DNA from: Gammaproteobacteria bacterium
Lineage (GTDB): Bacteria; Pseudomonadota; Gammaproteobacteria; UBA4575
DNA length: 64,000 nucleotides
Assembly (NCBI GenBank): GCA_965227695.1
Contig: OZ245760.1
Location: 88,580 to 152,579, forward strand
Direction: 5' to 3'
A program made the position numbers and the translations under genes. The notes under the pieces are model-generated. The model saw only the letters and a program-made list of their open reading frames with translations, made no database searches and had not been told where the DNA came from. Positions 22,765-32,740 of this stretch are shown one piece after another; position 1 is the first letter of the stretch, and each line of letters starts with the position of its first letter.

Positions 22765-24498
22765 ATGGCATTAATAATTAGCGGTCTGGGTGTTTCAAGA
22801 GGTATTGCCATCGGCAATGTCCATCTGCTACTTCGCAGTTCCCTCGAAGTCTATGAGCGAACCTTACACCCGGACGAGATAAATGCTGAAGTCAAACGCT
22901 TTAAGTCTGCTGTTGACCGGGCGGGCAAACAATTGCATAAGATTCAGGATTCGATCCCATCTGAAGCCCCCAAAGAAATTGCTTCTTTTATCGAATCTCA
23001 TCTGTTAATGCTGAATGATTCGATGTTATCCAAAGCGCCCATTGATATTATCAAGGAGGTTTACTGTAATGCCGAATGGGCATTGAAACTCCAGCGAGAT
23101 AAGCTGGTCGCTGTATTTGAGCAGATGGAAGATGAGTATCTGCAAACCCGCCAGAATGATATAGACCATGTCATCAACCTCATCCAGAAAATGCTTTTCG
23201 ACCAGCAATACGAAGTTGAAAAAGAAATACAGACATTGCGTGGCTCGATTATTGTTGCAGATGACTTAACACCTGCCGACACAGTCGTTCTACAACATCA
23301 GAATATCGCCGGGTTTGTCACTGAACTTGGCGGGCCATTATCTCATACGGCCATCATTGCCAGAAGCCTGGGGATACCGGCAATTGTTGGTATGCAGGAT
23401 GCCCGTCAGCTATTAAAAGAAAATGAACAAATAATTATCGATGGCACTGAAGGCATGGTGCTGGCGGGTGTTGATGATAAAACCATCAAAGAATATCGCT
23501 CCAAGCAAAAGGAGCAGAGACAGGCACGGCGACAGCTGGAATCGTTACGGGATGTTGAGGCTAAAACCAAAGACGGAGTGAAAATCAACCTGCAGGCAAA
23601 TATTGAATTGACTGATGACATAAAAGCCCTTAAGCACAGCGGTGCCAAAGGGGTTGGTTTATACCGCACCGAGTTTTTATATATTGACCGCGATGAACCA
23701 GCATCTGAAACCGAACAGCTAAACGCATACAAAAAAGTCATTCGCGCCCTAAAAGGCAGCCCAGTCACTATCCGCACTCTGGATCTGGGTGCAGAAAAAG
23801 AATTTGATCCCAAGTATAAAGGCCCCCTGGTACAAAATCCGGCACTTGGTTTAAGAGGTTTACGACGCTCGCTGAAAGATACTGAATTATTTAAATTACA
23901 GCTTCGTGCGATTCTGCGTGCCTCGGCACATGGGCCTGTTCGTGTCATGTTCCCGATGATAACCAGTCATGAAGAATTAATGTCCTCTTTAAGTATTCTG
24001 GACCAGGCCAAACGCGAACTAAAAGAAGAAGACAAGGAATTTGATAACGATATCCCGGTGGGCGTGATGATTGAGGTCCCTGCTGCCGCCCTGGTCGCCA
24101 ATCGCCTGGCAAAACAACTCGATTTCCTGTCTATAGGCACTAATGACCTGATTCAGTACACCCTGGCAATTGACCGTATCGATGAGTCCGTCAATTATCT
24201 ATACGATCCGCTCCATCCGGCGGTTCTAAAATTGATTCATCTCACTTTAAGAGCCGGCCTGCAGGCAAAAATTCCGGTGTCTATGTGCGGAGAAATGGCG
24301 GGTGATCCGCGCTATACACGCCTGCTCCTGGGAATGGGGTTAAGAGATTTTAGTGCTCATCCTGCCACCATACTCGATGTAAAATCCATAATTAATGACA
24401 GCTCAATAAAAAACCTCGAACCGCAATGCAAACGTATACTCAGTTCAGCGACACGACCAGATAAAATTCACACACTGGTTGAACAATTGAATGAATAA
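22765..24498 (+). CDS. ptsI: Phosphoenolpyruvate-protein phosphotransferase (Enzyme I)
   Basis: EI N-terminal HPr-binding, phosphohistidine (GGPLSHTAIIARSLGIP) and PEP-utilising C-terminal domains; start at MALIISGLGV. Confidence 0.85.
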   Translation: MALIISGLGVSRGIAIGNVHLLLRSSLEVYERTLHPDEINAEVKRFKSAVDRAGKQLHKIQDSIPSEAPKEIASFIESHLLMLNDSMLSKAPIDIIKEVYCNAEWALKLQRDKLVAVFEQMEDEYLQTRQNDIDHVINLIQKMLFDQQYEVEKEIQTLRGSIIVADDLTPADTVVLQHQNIAGFVTELGGPLSHTAIIARSLGIPAIVGMQDARQLLKENEQIIIDGTEGMVLAGVDDKTIKEYRSKQKEQRQARRQLESLRDVEAKTKDGVKINLQANIELTDDIKALKHSGAKGVGLYRTEFLYIDRDEPASETEQLNAYKKVIRALKGSPVTIRTLDLGAEKEFDPKYKGPLVQNPALGLRGLRRSLKDTELFKLQLRAILRASAHGPVRVMFPMITSHEELMSSLSILDQAKRELKEEDKEFDNDIPVGVMIEVPAAALVANRLAKQLDFLSIGTNDLIQYTLAIDRIDESVNYLYDPLHPAVLKLIHLTLRAGLQAKIPVSMCGEMAGDPRYTRLLLGMGLRDFSAHPATILDVKSIINDSSIKNLEPQCKRILSSATRPDKIHTLVEQLNE

Positions 24499-24653
24499 AC
24501 TGGTATATAAATTAGCCATCTAACCTCTCACCGTGACAAGTTCAAGTGAGCGGCGGATGACACGCCTGCATAAAATGGACTCACTTTTTTTGTTATCATA
24601 AAGGTCCCGGCTACACTGATAGCCAGCATACTTAATGTTTTCCCGGACTTTTT

Positions 24654-26000
24654 ATGTCAGATAACGCATCACGTGATAACCTGCAGATCATTTCTGAAGC
24701 ACTCGACTCTGGTGAGATGCAACGTGCAGCACGTATTCTAAATGCGTTCCATCCCGCAGAAATAGCCCACTTACTAGAATCACTACCACAATCCCAGCGC
24801 ATGTTCATCTGGAATATGCTGGATCATGATGATGACGGTGAAATTCTGTTGCATGTTGGTGATGAGGTACGCAGTGGCCTGATTGAGGTCATGAACAAAG
24901 ACCAGCTTATCTCTGCAACAGAAGGGCTCGACCTCGATGATCTTGCCGACCTGTTAGCTGACTTGCCAAGTGCTGTCACTGAGACAGCACTCAATAACCT
25001 AGATACCAGCGACAGGCTACGCCTTCAATCCGTACTATCATTTGACGAACACAGTGCCGGCGGTTTAATGAACACGGATACTGTGACTGTGCGCAAAGAT
25101 ATTACACTGGATGTCGTACAGAGGTATCTGCGCATGAGACAGCATTTACCTCGCCACACGGACAGTTTATTTGTCGTAGACCGCTACGAACACTATCTTG
25201 GCACACTGGCACTGACAGACGTGATAACTAACGATTCATCGACGCTGGTGAGTGATGTCATGGAAGCAAGTGTTGAACCCATTCTGGCGACAACGGAGGA
25301 TAATGAAGTTGCAAAAATATTCGAAAACCTGGATTTAATATCTGCACCGGTCGTTGATGAAAATAACCGTCTGTTGGGCCGCATCACCATAGATGATGTT
25401 GTCGACGTTATTCGTGATGAAGCCGAGCACTCGGTAATGAGTATGGCTGGACTAAATGAAGAGATTGATTTATTTGCTCCCATCACCAAGTCAACAAGGC
25501 GTCGTGCCTTATGGCTTGGCGTCAACATGTTAACTGCATTTCTGGCAGCCTGGGTAATCAGTCTTTTTCAGGGCACACTTGAAAAAATTATCGTGCTGGC
25601 TGTTCTCATCCCGGTTGTCGCCAGTATGGGTGGTATCGCCGGCAGCCAAACATTGACAATCGTTATCCGCGGACTGGCGCTCAAACAAATTGGTAAAAGC
25701 AATTCCAGAGTATTGCTTTTCAAGGAACTCGGTATTGGTATGCTCAACGGTTTATTATGGTCAGCGGTGGTTGCCTTAATAGCAATACTGTGGTTTCACG
25801 ATTTACAGCTCGGCGGAATTATTGCTCTGGCCATGATGGCAAATTTAATCTGCGCCGGACTTGCCGGAGTGCTGATTCCAATTGCACTGCGTAAATACGG
25901 TATTGATCCTGCGTTGGCGGGCGGCGTGGTGCTAACTACAATTACTGACGTCGTCGGAATATTCGCCTTCCTGGGCCTGGCTACCTGGTTTTTACTGTAA
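24654..26000 (+). CDS. mgtE: Magnesium transporter MgtE
   Basis: N-domain, CBS pair, C-terminal 5-TM MgtE domain. Confidence 0.85.
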   Translation: MSDNASRDNLQIISEALDSGEMQRAARILNAFHPAEIAHLLESLPQSQRMFIWNMLDHDDDGEILLHVGDEVRSGLIEVMNKDQLISATEGLDLDDLADLLADLPSAVTETALNNLDTSDRLRLQSVLSFDEHSAGGLMNTDTVTVRKDITLDVVQRYLRMRQHLPRHTDSLFVVDRYEHYLGTLALTDVITNDSSTLVSDVMEASVEPILATTEDNEVAKIFENLDLISAPVVDENNRLLGRITIDDVVDVIRDEAEHSVMSMAGLNEEIDLFAPITKSTRRRALWLGVNMLTAFLAAWVISLFQGTLEKIIVLAVLIPVVASMGGIAGSQTLTIVIRGLALKQIGKSNSRVLLFKELGIGMLNGLLWSAVVALIAILWFHDLQLGGIIALAMMANLICAGLAGVLIPIALRKYGIDPALAGGVVLTTITDVVGIFAFLGLATWFLL

Positions 26001-26189
26001 TCAACAATACAGCGTTAACCACTAAAAGTGATTAATGAACCTGCTAACGCGTTGTTAATACGCATCATTACGCGATTCCTCTTTACTTGCTGTGAATCCA
26101 GCCCCAGCAAATGTGGATGATCGATTAAAGGTTGTTAGTCCGCAGGTCGCCAGCACGCGCCGCATCGTGTAAAAAATATGTTTAGGTGA

Positions 26190-26756
26190 TCAGGCTTTTG
26201 GCAGGGTGACGCCTGTCTGCCCCTGATACTTACCTCCACGATCTTTATAGGACGTTTCACAGGGCTCGTCTGACTCAAAAAACAGCATTTGTGCAACCCC
26301 TTCATTTGCATAAATTTTTGCTGGCAGTGGTGTTGTATTCGAAAACTCGAGCGTGACATGTCCTTCCCATTCCGGCTCAAGCGGGGTCACATTGACAATA
26401 ATTCCACAACGCGCATAAGTCGATTTGCCCAGACAAACCGTCAATACTGACCTTGGTATGCGAAAATATTCAACTGTACTTGCAAGCGCAAAAGAATTGG
26501 GTGGAATAATACAAACGTCTCCCTCGAAATCGACAAAACTGTCAGATGCAAACGCTTTGGGGTCAACGACTGCTGAATTAATATTGGTAAAGATTTTAAA
26601 ATGGGTAGAGCAACGTACATCGTAACCATAGCTAGATGTACCGTAGGAGATGATTTTCTCATCATTGACATGTTTTATCTGGCCTGCGACGAATGGCTGG
26701 ATCATCTCCTGCTGTTGCGCCATTTGCCGGATCCAGCGATCAGACTTTATTGACAT
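26190..26756 (-). CDS. dcd: dCTP deaminase
   Basis: [14 protein letters not shown]-terminus and dUTPase-like fold motifs. Confidence 0.85.
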   Translation of the reverse strand: MSIKSDRWIRQMAQQQEMIQPFVAGQIKHVNDEKIISYGTSSYGYDVRCSTHFKIFTNINSAVVDPKAFASDSFVDFEGDVCIIPPNSFALASTVEYFRIPRSVLTVCLGKSTYARCGIIVNVTPLEPEWEGHVTLEFSNTTPLPAKIYANEGVAQMLFFESDEPCETSYKDRGGKYQGQTGVTLPKA

Positions 26757-26762
26757 ATTTAT

Positions 26763-27230
26763 TTACAGTGGTGTCAGAAAAGGTAACTTAAAATCCCCTT
26801 TTTTACTAAACGGGATTGCATGACTAAAAATGGAGGTTTTTATGCTTCCTTTAACCATATAGTCCGCCGTTCCTGTGGCCAACACGTCGGGCAGTGTTTG
26901 TATTATCCCGAGATAGGAAAACCGCACCGGTAATTCGATGGTCTTACGTCCATAAGCAGGCACTGCAATTGACTGGTTGTCCTGTCCTGTCACCAGGCTG
27001 TTGCCCGATACAAACAGCTCATAACTCAGACCCCGTGCAGATAATGCCCTGTCATTCGGGTTATCAATATCCAGCGCGACGATGGCATCGACCCCTCCCA
27101 AAGTGGCATCGATCACCTGCAAGTCGCGCACCTGGACTTTAGGCTCCACCAGTGGCTTGGACAGGGGACCGCTACAGCCGGCACTGAAAAAAACCAGCGC
27201 GAAACACATTGCGATTTGGCGAATCTGCAT
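26763..27230 (-). CDS. LEA_2 / WHy-domain lipoprotein
   Basis: Lipobox FSAGC after start at MQIRQ, LEA14-like domain. Confidence 0.5.
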   Translation of the reverse strand: MQIRQIAMCFALVFFSAGCSGPLSKPLVEPKVQVRDLQVIDATLGGVDAIVALDIDNPNDRALSARGLSYELFVSGNSLVTGQDNQSIAVPAYGRKTIELPVRFSYLGIIQTLPDVLATGTADYMVKGSIKTSIFSHAIPFSKKGDFKLPFLTPL

Positions 27231-27240
27231 AATGTTTGCG

Positions 27241-28332
27241 TTAGTTATTCTGAATAACAATCTTGGGAAATTTGGCACTGTAATCTTTACCCTGGGATGC
27301 CAGTTTAGCGGCGGTTTTGCGTGCAATCTCCTTGTATATTTCGGTCACACGGCTGTCAGGTGTGGCAATCACGGTGGGTTCACCCCCATCAACCTGTTCT
27401 CGGATATTCATATCCAGTGGCAACTTGCCAAGCAACTCCACGTCATTCTCCAGCGCCATCTTTTCGCCGCCTCCAGTGCCAAATATAGACTCTTCATGTC
27501 CACATTGGCTACAGATATGTACGCTCATATTTTCAACAATACCAAGTACCGGAACCTCTACCTTTTCAAACATTTTCAGCCCTTTGCGAGCATCAAGCAA
27601 GGCAATATCCTGTGGCGTAGTCACAATCACCGCGCCACTGACAGGGATCTTTTGGGCCAGGGTCAGTTGCACATCACCGGTGCCGGGTGGCAGATCAACG
27701 ATCAGGTAGTCGAGATCTCTCCAGCGTGTGTCATTCAGTAATTGCTCCAGCGCCTGCGTCACCATGGGTCCTCGCCAGATCATCGGTGTTTCTTCATCAA
27801 TAAGAAAACCAATTGACATCGCCTGTATGCCATGGCCCATCATTGGCTCCAGGCTCTTGCCATCACTGGACTCGGGCTGGCCGGAAACACCCAGCATGCG
27901 GGGCTGACTTGGGCCATAAATGTCGGCGTCAAGAATGCCTACACTGGCGCCTTCTGCAGCCAGTGCCAGTGCCAGATTGACGGCTGTGGTTGATTTCCCC
28001 ACGCCTCCCTTGCCGGAAGCCACAGCAATAACATTTTTAATATTCTCCAGCGGCTTGAGACTTTTCTGGACCGAGTGCGCCTTGATATCCCAGTTAACTG
28101 CAATATCCACCTGATTGACGCCCTCTAATTGACTGACTTTGTCATTAATCAGGCTTGCCAGTGTTTCACGTATACTTTTTGCCGGATAGCCGAGCTCAAT
28201 ATCGATACTGACCTTGTCACCCTCAACGCGTATATCTTTAACGGCCTTGGAAGCCATAAAATTTTTGCCGGTATTCGGATCTTCTATTGTTTTCAGGGTA
28301 TCTTCAACTTGCTCTACGCTGACACTCGCCAT
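27241..28332 (-). CDS. apbC: Fe-S cluster carrier ATPase ApbC/Mrp
   Basis: Walker A SGKGGVGKST, CxxC motif (CSQCGH), N-terminal MIP18-like domain. Confidence 0.85.
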   Translation of the reverse strand: MASVSVEQVEDTLKTIEDPNTGKNFMASKAVKDIRVEGDKVSIDIELGYPAKSIRETLASLINDKVSQLEGVNQVDIAVNWDIKAHSVQKSLKPLENIKNVIAVASGKGGVGKSTTAVNLALALAAEGASVGILDADIYGPSQPRMLGVSGQPESSDGKSLEPMMGHGIQAMSIGFLIDEETPMIWRGPMVTQALEQLLNDTRWRDLDYLIVDLPPGTGDVQLTLAQKIPVSGAVIVTTPQDIALLDARKGLKMFEKVEVPVLGIVENMSVHICSQCGHEESIFGTGGGEKMALENDVELLGKLPLDMNIREQVDGGEPTVIATPDSRVTEIYKEIARKTAAKLASQGKDYSAKFPKIVIQNN

Positions 28333-28501
28333 AGGGGAATCCTTTATTATTAATCTATTGATCAAGACGACGAGTTAACCACTCCGGGCCCCGGCTGCCT
28401 AGCCCCTGATCGAGATATTTGCCGGCTACCCCTTTCATCTAGCCGCGTTATGAGGAAGCTGGTAAGGTACGCGCTCAATCAGTACTTGGTTACATAAACA
28501 C

Positions 28502-30526
28502 GTGGATATTAGAAGAATTTTAGTTACCAGTGCATTACCCTATGCGAATGGCTCCATTCATCTGGGACATCTCGTAGAGTACATACAGACAGATATCTGG
28601 GTGCGTTTTCAGAAAATGTGCGGACATGAATGCATCTATGTCTGTGCCGACGATGCGCACGGAACACCAATTATGTTGCGCGCACAACAGCAAGGAGTGA
28701 CTCCCGAAGAACTGATTGCTGACACCAAAAAGGAACACGAGCAGGATTTCTCAGATTTCCATATTTCCTTTGATAATTTCCACAGTACTCACTCCGATGA
28801 GAACCATTATTTCTCAACCGAAATTTTCAGAACCCTGCAACAAAACGATTACATAAAAACAGATATCGTCACGGATCTCTTTGATCCACAGGAAAAAGTA
28901 TTTTTACCCGACCGCTTTGTGCGTGGTACATGTCCAAAATGCCACGCCGAAGATCAATACGGGGATAACTGCGAAGCCTGTGGTGCGACCTACAGCCCCG
29001 CTGACTTGATAAACCCCCGTTCGGCACTGAGCGGCAGCCAACCAGTGCAAAAAGAGAACTTGCACTACTTTTTCAGGCTCAGCGCGCTGGAACCAGCCCT
29101 GCGGGAATGGACCCAGTCGGGACGACTGCAACCTGAAATTGCCAATAAAATTTCTGAGTGGTTTACCGGCGGTCTGCAAGACTGGGATATCTCGCGGGAT
29201 GCACCTTATTTTGGCTTTGAAATCCCCGATGCGCCGGGCAAATATTTTTACGTCTGGCTGGATGCACCGATTGGCTACATGGCCAGTTTCAAGCACTACT
29301 GTGACCGTACAGGTGTTGATTTTGGCGATTACTGGAAGCCGGATAGCCAGGCCGAGCTATACCACTTTATCGGCAAAGACATTGCTTACTTCCATACCCT
29401 GTTCTGGCCCGCAATGCTGATGGGCTCGGGATGGCGTACACCCACCAGTGTTTTTTGCCATGGATTCCTGACTGTCAACGGGCAAAAAATGTCCAAATCG
29501 CGTGGCACGTTCATTAAGGCCAGGACTTACCTGAACCACCTGGCACCGGAATACCTGCGATATTACTTTGCTGCCAAATTAAATGATGGCATCTCTGACA
29601 TTGACCTGAACCTCGATGATTTCCAGCAACGTGTCAATAGTGACGTGGTAGGCAAAGTCGTCAATATTGCCAGCCGCTGCGCAGGATTTATCAACAAAAA
29701 ATATGCGTCTCAATTAACAGATCAATTTAATTCGGCAGAGACAAAAGAAGCGTTCGATGCGGCTGTTAGCTACAGTGATGCCATTAAAGAGTGTTATGAA
29801 AACAGAAAATACTCTGAGGCCATAAGGATCATAATGACTATTGCAGATTCTGCTAATCAGGTCATAGACAAAAACAAACCATGGGAACGCATAAAAAGCG
29901 AGCATAACCAAGAAGAAGTACAGCAAGTGTGCAGCTTTGGCATTAATGTCTTTCGACTTCTTATAGGATATTTAAAACCGGTAATGCCGCAACTTGCAGC
30001 ACAGTCTGAAGACTTTTTAAACAGTAAAGCGACCTGGAATGACCTGGCCTGCGGACAACCTCTCCCTGCCGGACATACGATTAAAAAATTTAAGCCTCTT
30101 ATAACCCGAATCGAGAAACAGGCGATCGAGAACATGGTTGAAGAAAGCAAACAGGTCACGACTCTTAAGGCACCCGATCCAATTTCCGAGCAAATCTCGT
30201 TTGATGATTTTACCAGACTGGATTTGCGTGTCGCACGTATTGTCAGTGCAAAACTGGTAGAAGGTGCTGATAAACTCGTTCAACTGACCCTGGACCTGGG
30301 TGAACCTGCCGGTGGCATACAAAAAAATGTTTTTGCCGGGATTAAAAGTGCTTACAGCCCCGAGGACCTCGAGGGCAAACTTGTTGTGATGGTCGCAAAC
30401 CTGGCACCACGTAAAATGCGGTTTGGTTTATCCGAAGGCATGGTTCTGGCCGCCAGCGGGGAAGACAGTGGGCTTTTCCTGATACACCCCGATCGCGGAG
30501 CGTCGCCCGGAATGCGTGTAAAGTAA
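28502..30526 (+). CDS. metG: Methionine--tRNA ligase
   Basis: HLGH motif, zinc knuckle [24 protein letters not shown]-terminal tRNA-binding domain; divergent from apbC as in E. coli. Confidence 0.95.
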   Translation: MDIRRILVTSALPYANGSIHLGHLVEYIQTDIWVRFQKMCGHECIYVCADDAHGTPIMLRAQQQGVTPEELIADTKKEHEQDFSDFHISFDNFHSTHSDENHYFSTEIFRTLQQNDYIKTDIVTDLFDPQEKVFLPDRFVRGTCPKCHAEDQYGDNCEACGATYSPADLINPRSALSGSQPVQKENLHYFFRLSALEPALREWTQSGRLQPEIANKISEWFTGGLQDWDISRDAPYFGFEIPDAPGKYFYVWLDAPIGYMASFKHYCDRTGVDFGDYWKPDSQAELYHFIGKDIAYFHTLFWPAMLMGSGWRTPTSVFCHGFLTVNGQKMSKSRGTFIKARTYLNHLAPEYLRYYFAAKLNDGISDIDLNLDDFQQRVNSDVVGKVVNIASRCAGFINKKYASQLTDQFNSAETKEAFDAAVSYSDAIKECYENRKYSEAIRIIMTIADSANQVIDKNKPWERIKSEHNQEEVQQVCSFGINVFRLLIGYLKPVMPQLAAQSEDFLNSKATWNDLACGQPLPAGHTIKKFKPLITRIEKQAIENMVEESKQVTTLKAPDPISEQISFDDFTRLDLRVARIVSAKLVEGADKLVQLTLDLGEPAGGIQKNVFAGIKSAYSPEDLEGKLVVMVANLAPRKMRFGLSEGMVLAASGEDSGLFLIHPDRGASPGMRVK

Positions 30527-30532
30527 ACATCG

Positions 30533-31162
30533 ATGCAGGTACCGGTTTCCTATAGCAAAACACTGGCAGTGATCGATGAAAATCACTGTATAGGGTGCAC
30601 ATTATGCATCAAGGCATGTCCCTTTGATGCCATCATTGGCGCATCAAAACATCTTCATACTGTTGTGCAATCTTACTGTACTGGTTGCAAATTATGTATT
30701 GAACCCTGTCCTGTGGACTGCATCACCATGCAGGAAAATCCTGCGGCAAATCAGCTGAAACCGGAAAAACCCGACTTCGCTTCTCACCAGGCCTGCATCC
30801 ATTGTAATGAATGTGTGACAGTGTGTCCTGCTCACATCAAGCCGGATTTTTTATACTCTCTCATTGCCAAACAGAAACTCCATAGCGCCCAGCACAATGC
30901 TGTCGAATCATGCACATTGTGTGGCAAATGCGACAATGCGTGTCCAAGCAAAATACCTTTGACATATTCTTTCTCGTACGCAATCGAAACGCTTAAACTG
31001 AAAAAAAACCGCAAAAATTTCACCATTGGCTGCAAACAGCGCAGACAATCGAGAGACAGAAGAATCAATCAACAGAAAAGAAAACAGCAGGCACAGTTGT
31101 CCAGCAATAAGCAAAATTTGGCCGCCAAGATAGAAGCACTCAAAAATGCGTCCTCTGGTTAA
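30533..31162 (+). CDS. Polyferredoxin related to the C-terminal half of RnfB/RsxB, with four CxxCxxCxxxCP motifs and a basic tail
   Basis: [26 protein letters not shown]...[12 protein letters not shown] closely matches RsxB ferredoxin domain; two further 4Fe-4S motifs; lies where rnf operon precedes nth in other gammaproteobacteria. Confidence 0.6.
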   Translation: MQVPVSYSKTLAVIDENHCIGCTLCIKACPFDAIIGASKHLHTVVQSYCTGCKLCIEPCPVDCITMQENPAANQLKPEKPDFASHQACIHCNECVTVCPAHIKPDFLYSLIAKQKLHSAQHNAVESCTLCGKCDNACPSKIPLTYSFSYAIETLKLKKNRKNFTIGCKQRRQSRDRRINQQKRKQQAQLSSNKQNLAAKIEALKNASSG

Positions 31163-31188
31163 TTTTTCAATCATAGTAGCCAAACAAT

Positions 31189-31824
31189 GTGAATAAAGAA
31201 AAACGCATTAAAATTTTTCGCCGCTTATACCAGCAGAACCCTCATCCTACCACTGAGCTTCATTACAACAATGTTTTTGAACTACTGATCTCGGTAATGC
31301 TCTCTGCGCAGGCCACCGACATCAGTGTCAATAAAGCCACCGGCCCTTTATTCGGTGTCGCGAACAGTCCTGAAAAAATACTCCAGCTTGGTGAGAAAAA
31401 ATTAAGGAACCATATCAAAACCATCGGACTGTACAATACAAAAGCCAAAAACATTATCCAGACTTGCAAGATTTTAGTTGAAAAGCACCATAGCCATGTT
31501 CCACAGGATCGCTCAGCACTCGAAGCATTGCCAGGTGTCGGACGCAAAACTGCAAATGTGGTTTTAAATACCGGCTTCGGTCTTCCAACCATTGCAGTCG
31601 ATACTCATATTTTTCGTGTCAGTAACCGGACCGGTATTGCACCTGGTAAAAATGTGACTGAAGTTGAAAAACGCTTAATGCGGCTGGTGCCCGATGAATT
31701 CAAGCAGGATGCTCACCACTGGTTGATACTACTCGGACGCTATACTTGTCTTGCACGCAAACCAAAATGCCCTGACTGCGTAATAAATGACCTTTGCGAA
31801 TACAAAAAGAAAACAATAGTTTAA
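31189..31824 (+). CDS. nth: Endonuclease III
   Basis: HhH-GPD (LPGVGRKTANVVL) and C-terminal 4Fe-4S Cys ligands (C-x6-C-x2-C-x5-C). Confidence 0.9.
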   Translation: MNKEKRIKIFRRLYQQNPHPTTELHYNNVFELLISVMLSAQATDISVNKATGPLFGVANSPEKILQLGEKKLRNHIKTIGLYNTKAKNIIQTCKILVEKHHSHVPQDRSALEALPGVGRKTANVVLNTGFGLPTIAVDTHIFRVSNRTGIAPGKNVTEVEKRLMRLVPDEFKQDAHHWLILLGRYTCLARKPKCPDCVINDLCEYKKKTIV

Positions 31825-32060
31825 TCGGATCGTTTGAACACTGCCTATGTCCGTATCATTGCCATGGAACTCAAACACACCTTGAAACTCTAATTTACAT
31901 GGTCGGGCTATAACCCTGATTATATATAAGGCTATTTATCCCTTCTTTGTCATTGTAATATAATGCGACTGCGAAGGGTCTTTTACTCACTGGAAGCCTG
32001 CTTCCAGACGATACACTCAATAAAATCTCGAACCAACTTAAACTCGTATGGAGATACTCA

Positions 32061-32396
32061 ATGTCAAAAAAAAATGAACTCAAGCCTATCGCTGCCGCTG
32101 TCGGCGCTGCATTAACAGCCAGCGTCATTGCACTACCGACTGCAAACGCAGATGCCAACCCATTTGCCATGACAGAGCTGTCTTCAGGCTACATGGTTGC
32201 GGATAGCCATGAAGGCAAGTGTGGCGAAGGGAAATGCGGCGAAGGCAAGTGTGGCGAAGGGAAATGCGGCGAAGGCAAGTGCGGTGAAGGGAAATGCGGC
32301 GAAGGCAAGTGCGGTGAAGGCAAGTGCGGTGAAGGGAAATGCGGTGAAGAAAAGTCCGGTGAAGGGAAATGCGGCGAAGGTAAGTGCGGCTCTTAA
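32061..32396 (+). CDS. Secreted Cys-repeat RiPP-like precursor: Sec signal peptide plus 12 tandem G-K-C-G-E pentapeptides
   Basis: Signal peptide ending ALPTANA, then HEGKCGE(GKCGE)n...GKCGS; followed by DoxX, DUF692/MNIO and DUF2063 genes. Confidence 0.7.
   Translation: MSKKNELKPIAAAVGAALTASVIALPTANADANPFAMTELSSGYMVADSHEGKCGEGKCGEGKCGEGKCGEGKCGEGKCGEGKCGEGKCGEGKCGEEKSGEGKCGEGKCGS
32211..32390 (+). repeat. Tandem 15-nt (30-nt super-unit) in-frame repeat encoding the GKCGE units
   Basis: gaaggcaagtgtggc / gaagggaaatgcggc alternate with synonymous differences. Confidence 0.9.
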
Positions 32397-32416
32397 GCAG
32401 GACCAGATAACCCGAA

Positions 32417-32446
32417 GTCAAGGTGTTAAAAAAACACCTTGACTTT
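32417..32446 (+). terminator. Stem-loop (about 11-bp stem) followed by TTT after the precursor stop; candidate intrinsic terminator/attenuator
   Basis: gtcaaggtgtt-aaaaa-aacaccttgac then ttt. Confidence 0.45.
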
Positions 32447-32740
32447 AATCAATCACTAAAATGCAATCACACTGTAATATAGCACATAGCCGACTGTATC
32501 CTGATCTTGCCAGTGAGTCATCGACTTGCTTTTAAGGCTTTTAATTCCGGAACGCACAACAGAACATTATCAACCGTTATATCAGTCATTTTCCCCACCC
32601 AAAATTGATGAATTGGCCAATCCGTGATGTAAGAAAATACCAACCATCTCAGGTCTCATAAGTGGCAAGACTATATGCCATAACTTTTACCACAGCACAG
32701 ATGCAGCCACTTGAAGCACTGCTACCATTTGGGAGTCACT

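Noticed and set aside
32211-32390. Possible CRISPR array or VNTR
   Set aside because: The period is only 15 nt with no unique spacers and no cas genes, and it is entirely in-frame coding sequence.
32125-32442. Two antisense/alternate-frame ORFs (98 aa and 81 aa) full of RISLHRTCL / KASVAKGNAA repeats
   Set aside because: They are frame-shifted or reverse readings of the 15-nt tandem repeat inside the GKCGE precursor gene. The sense frame has a signal peptide and a coherent operon context; these do not.
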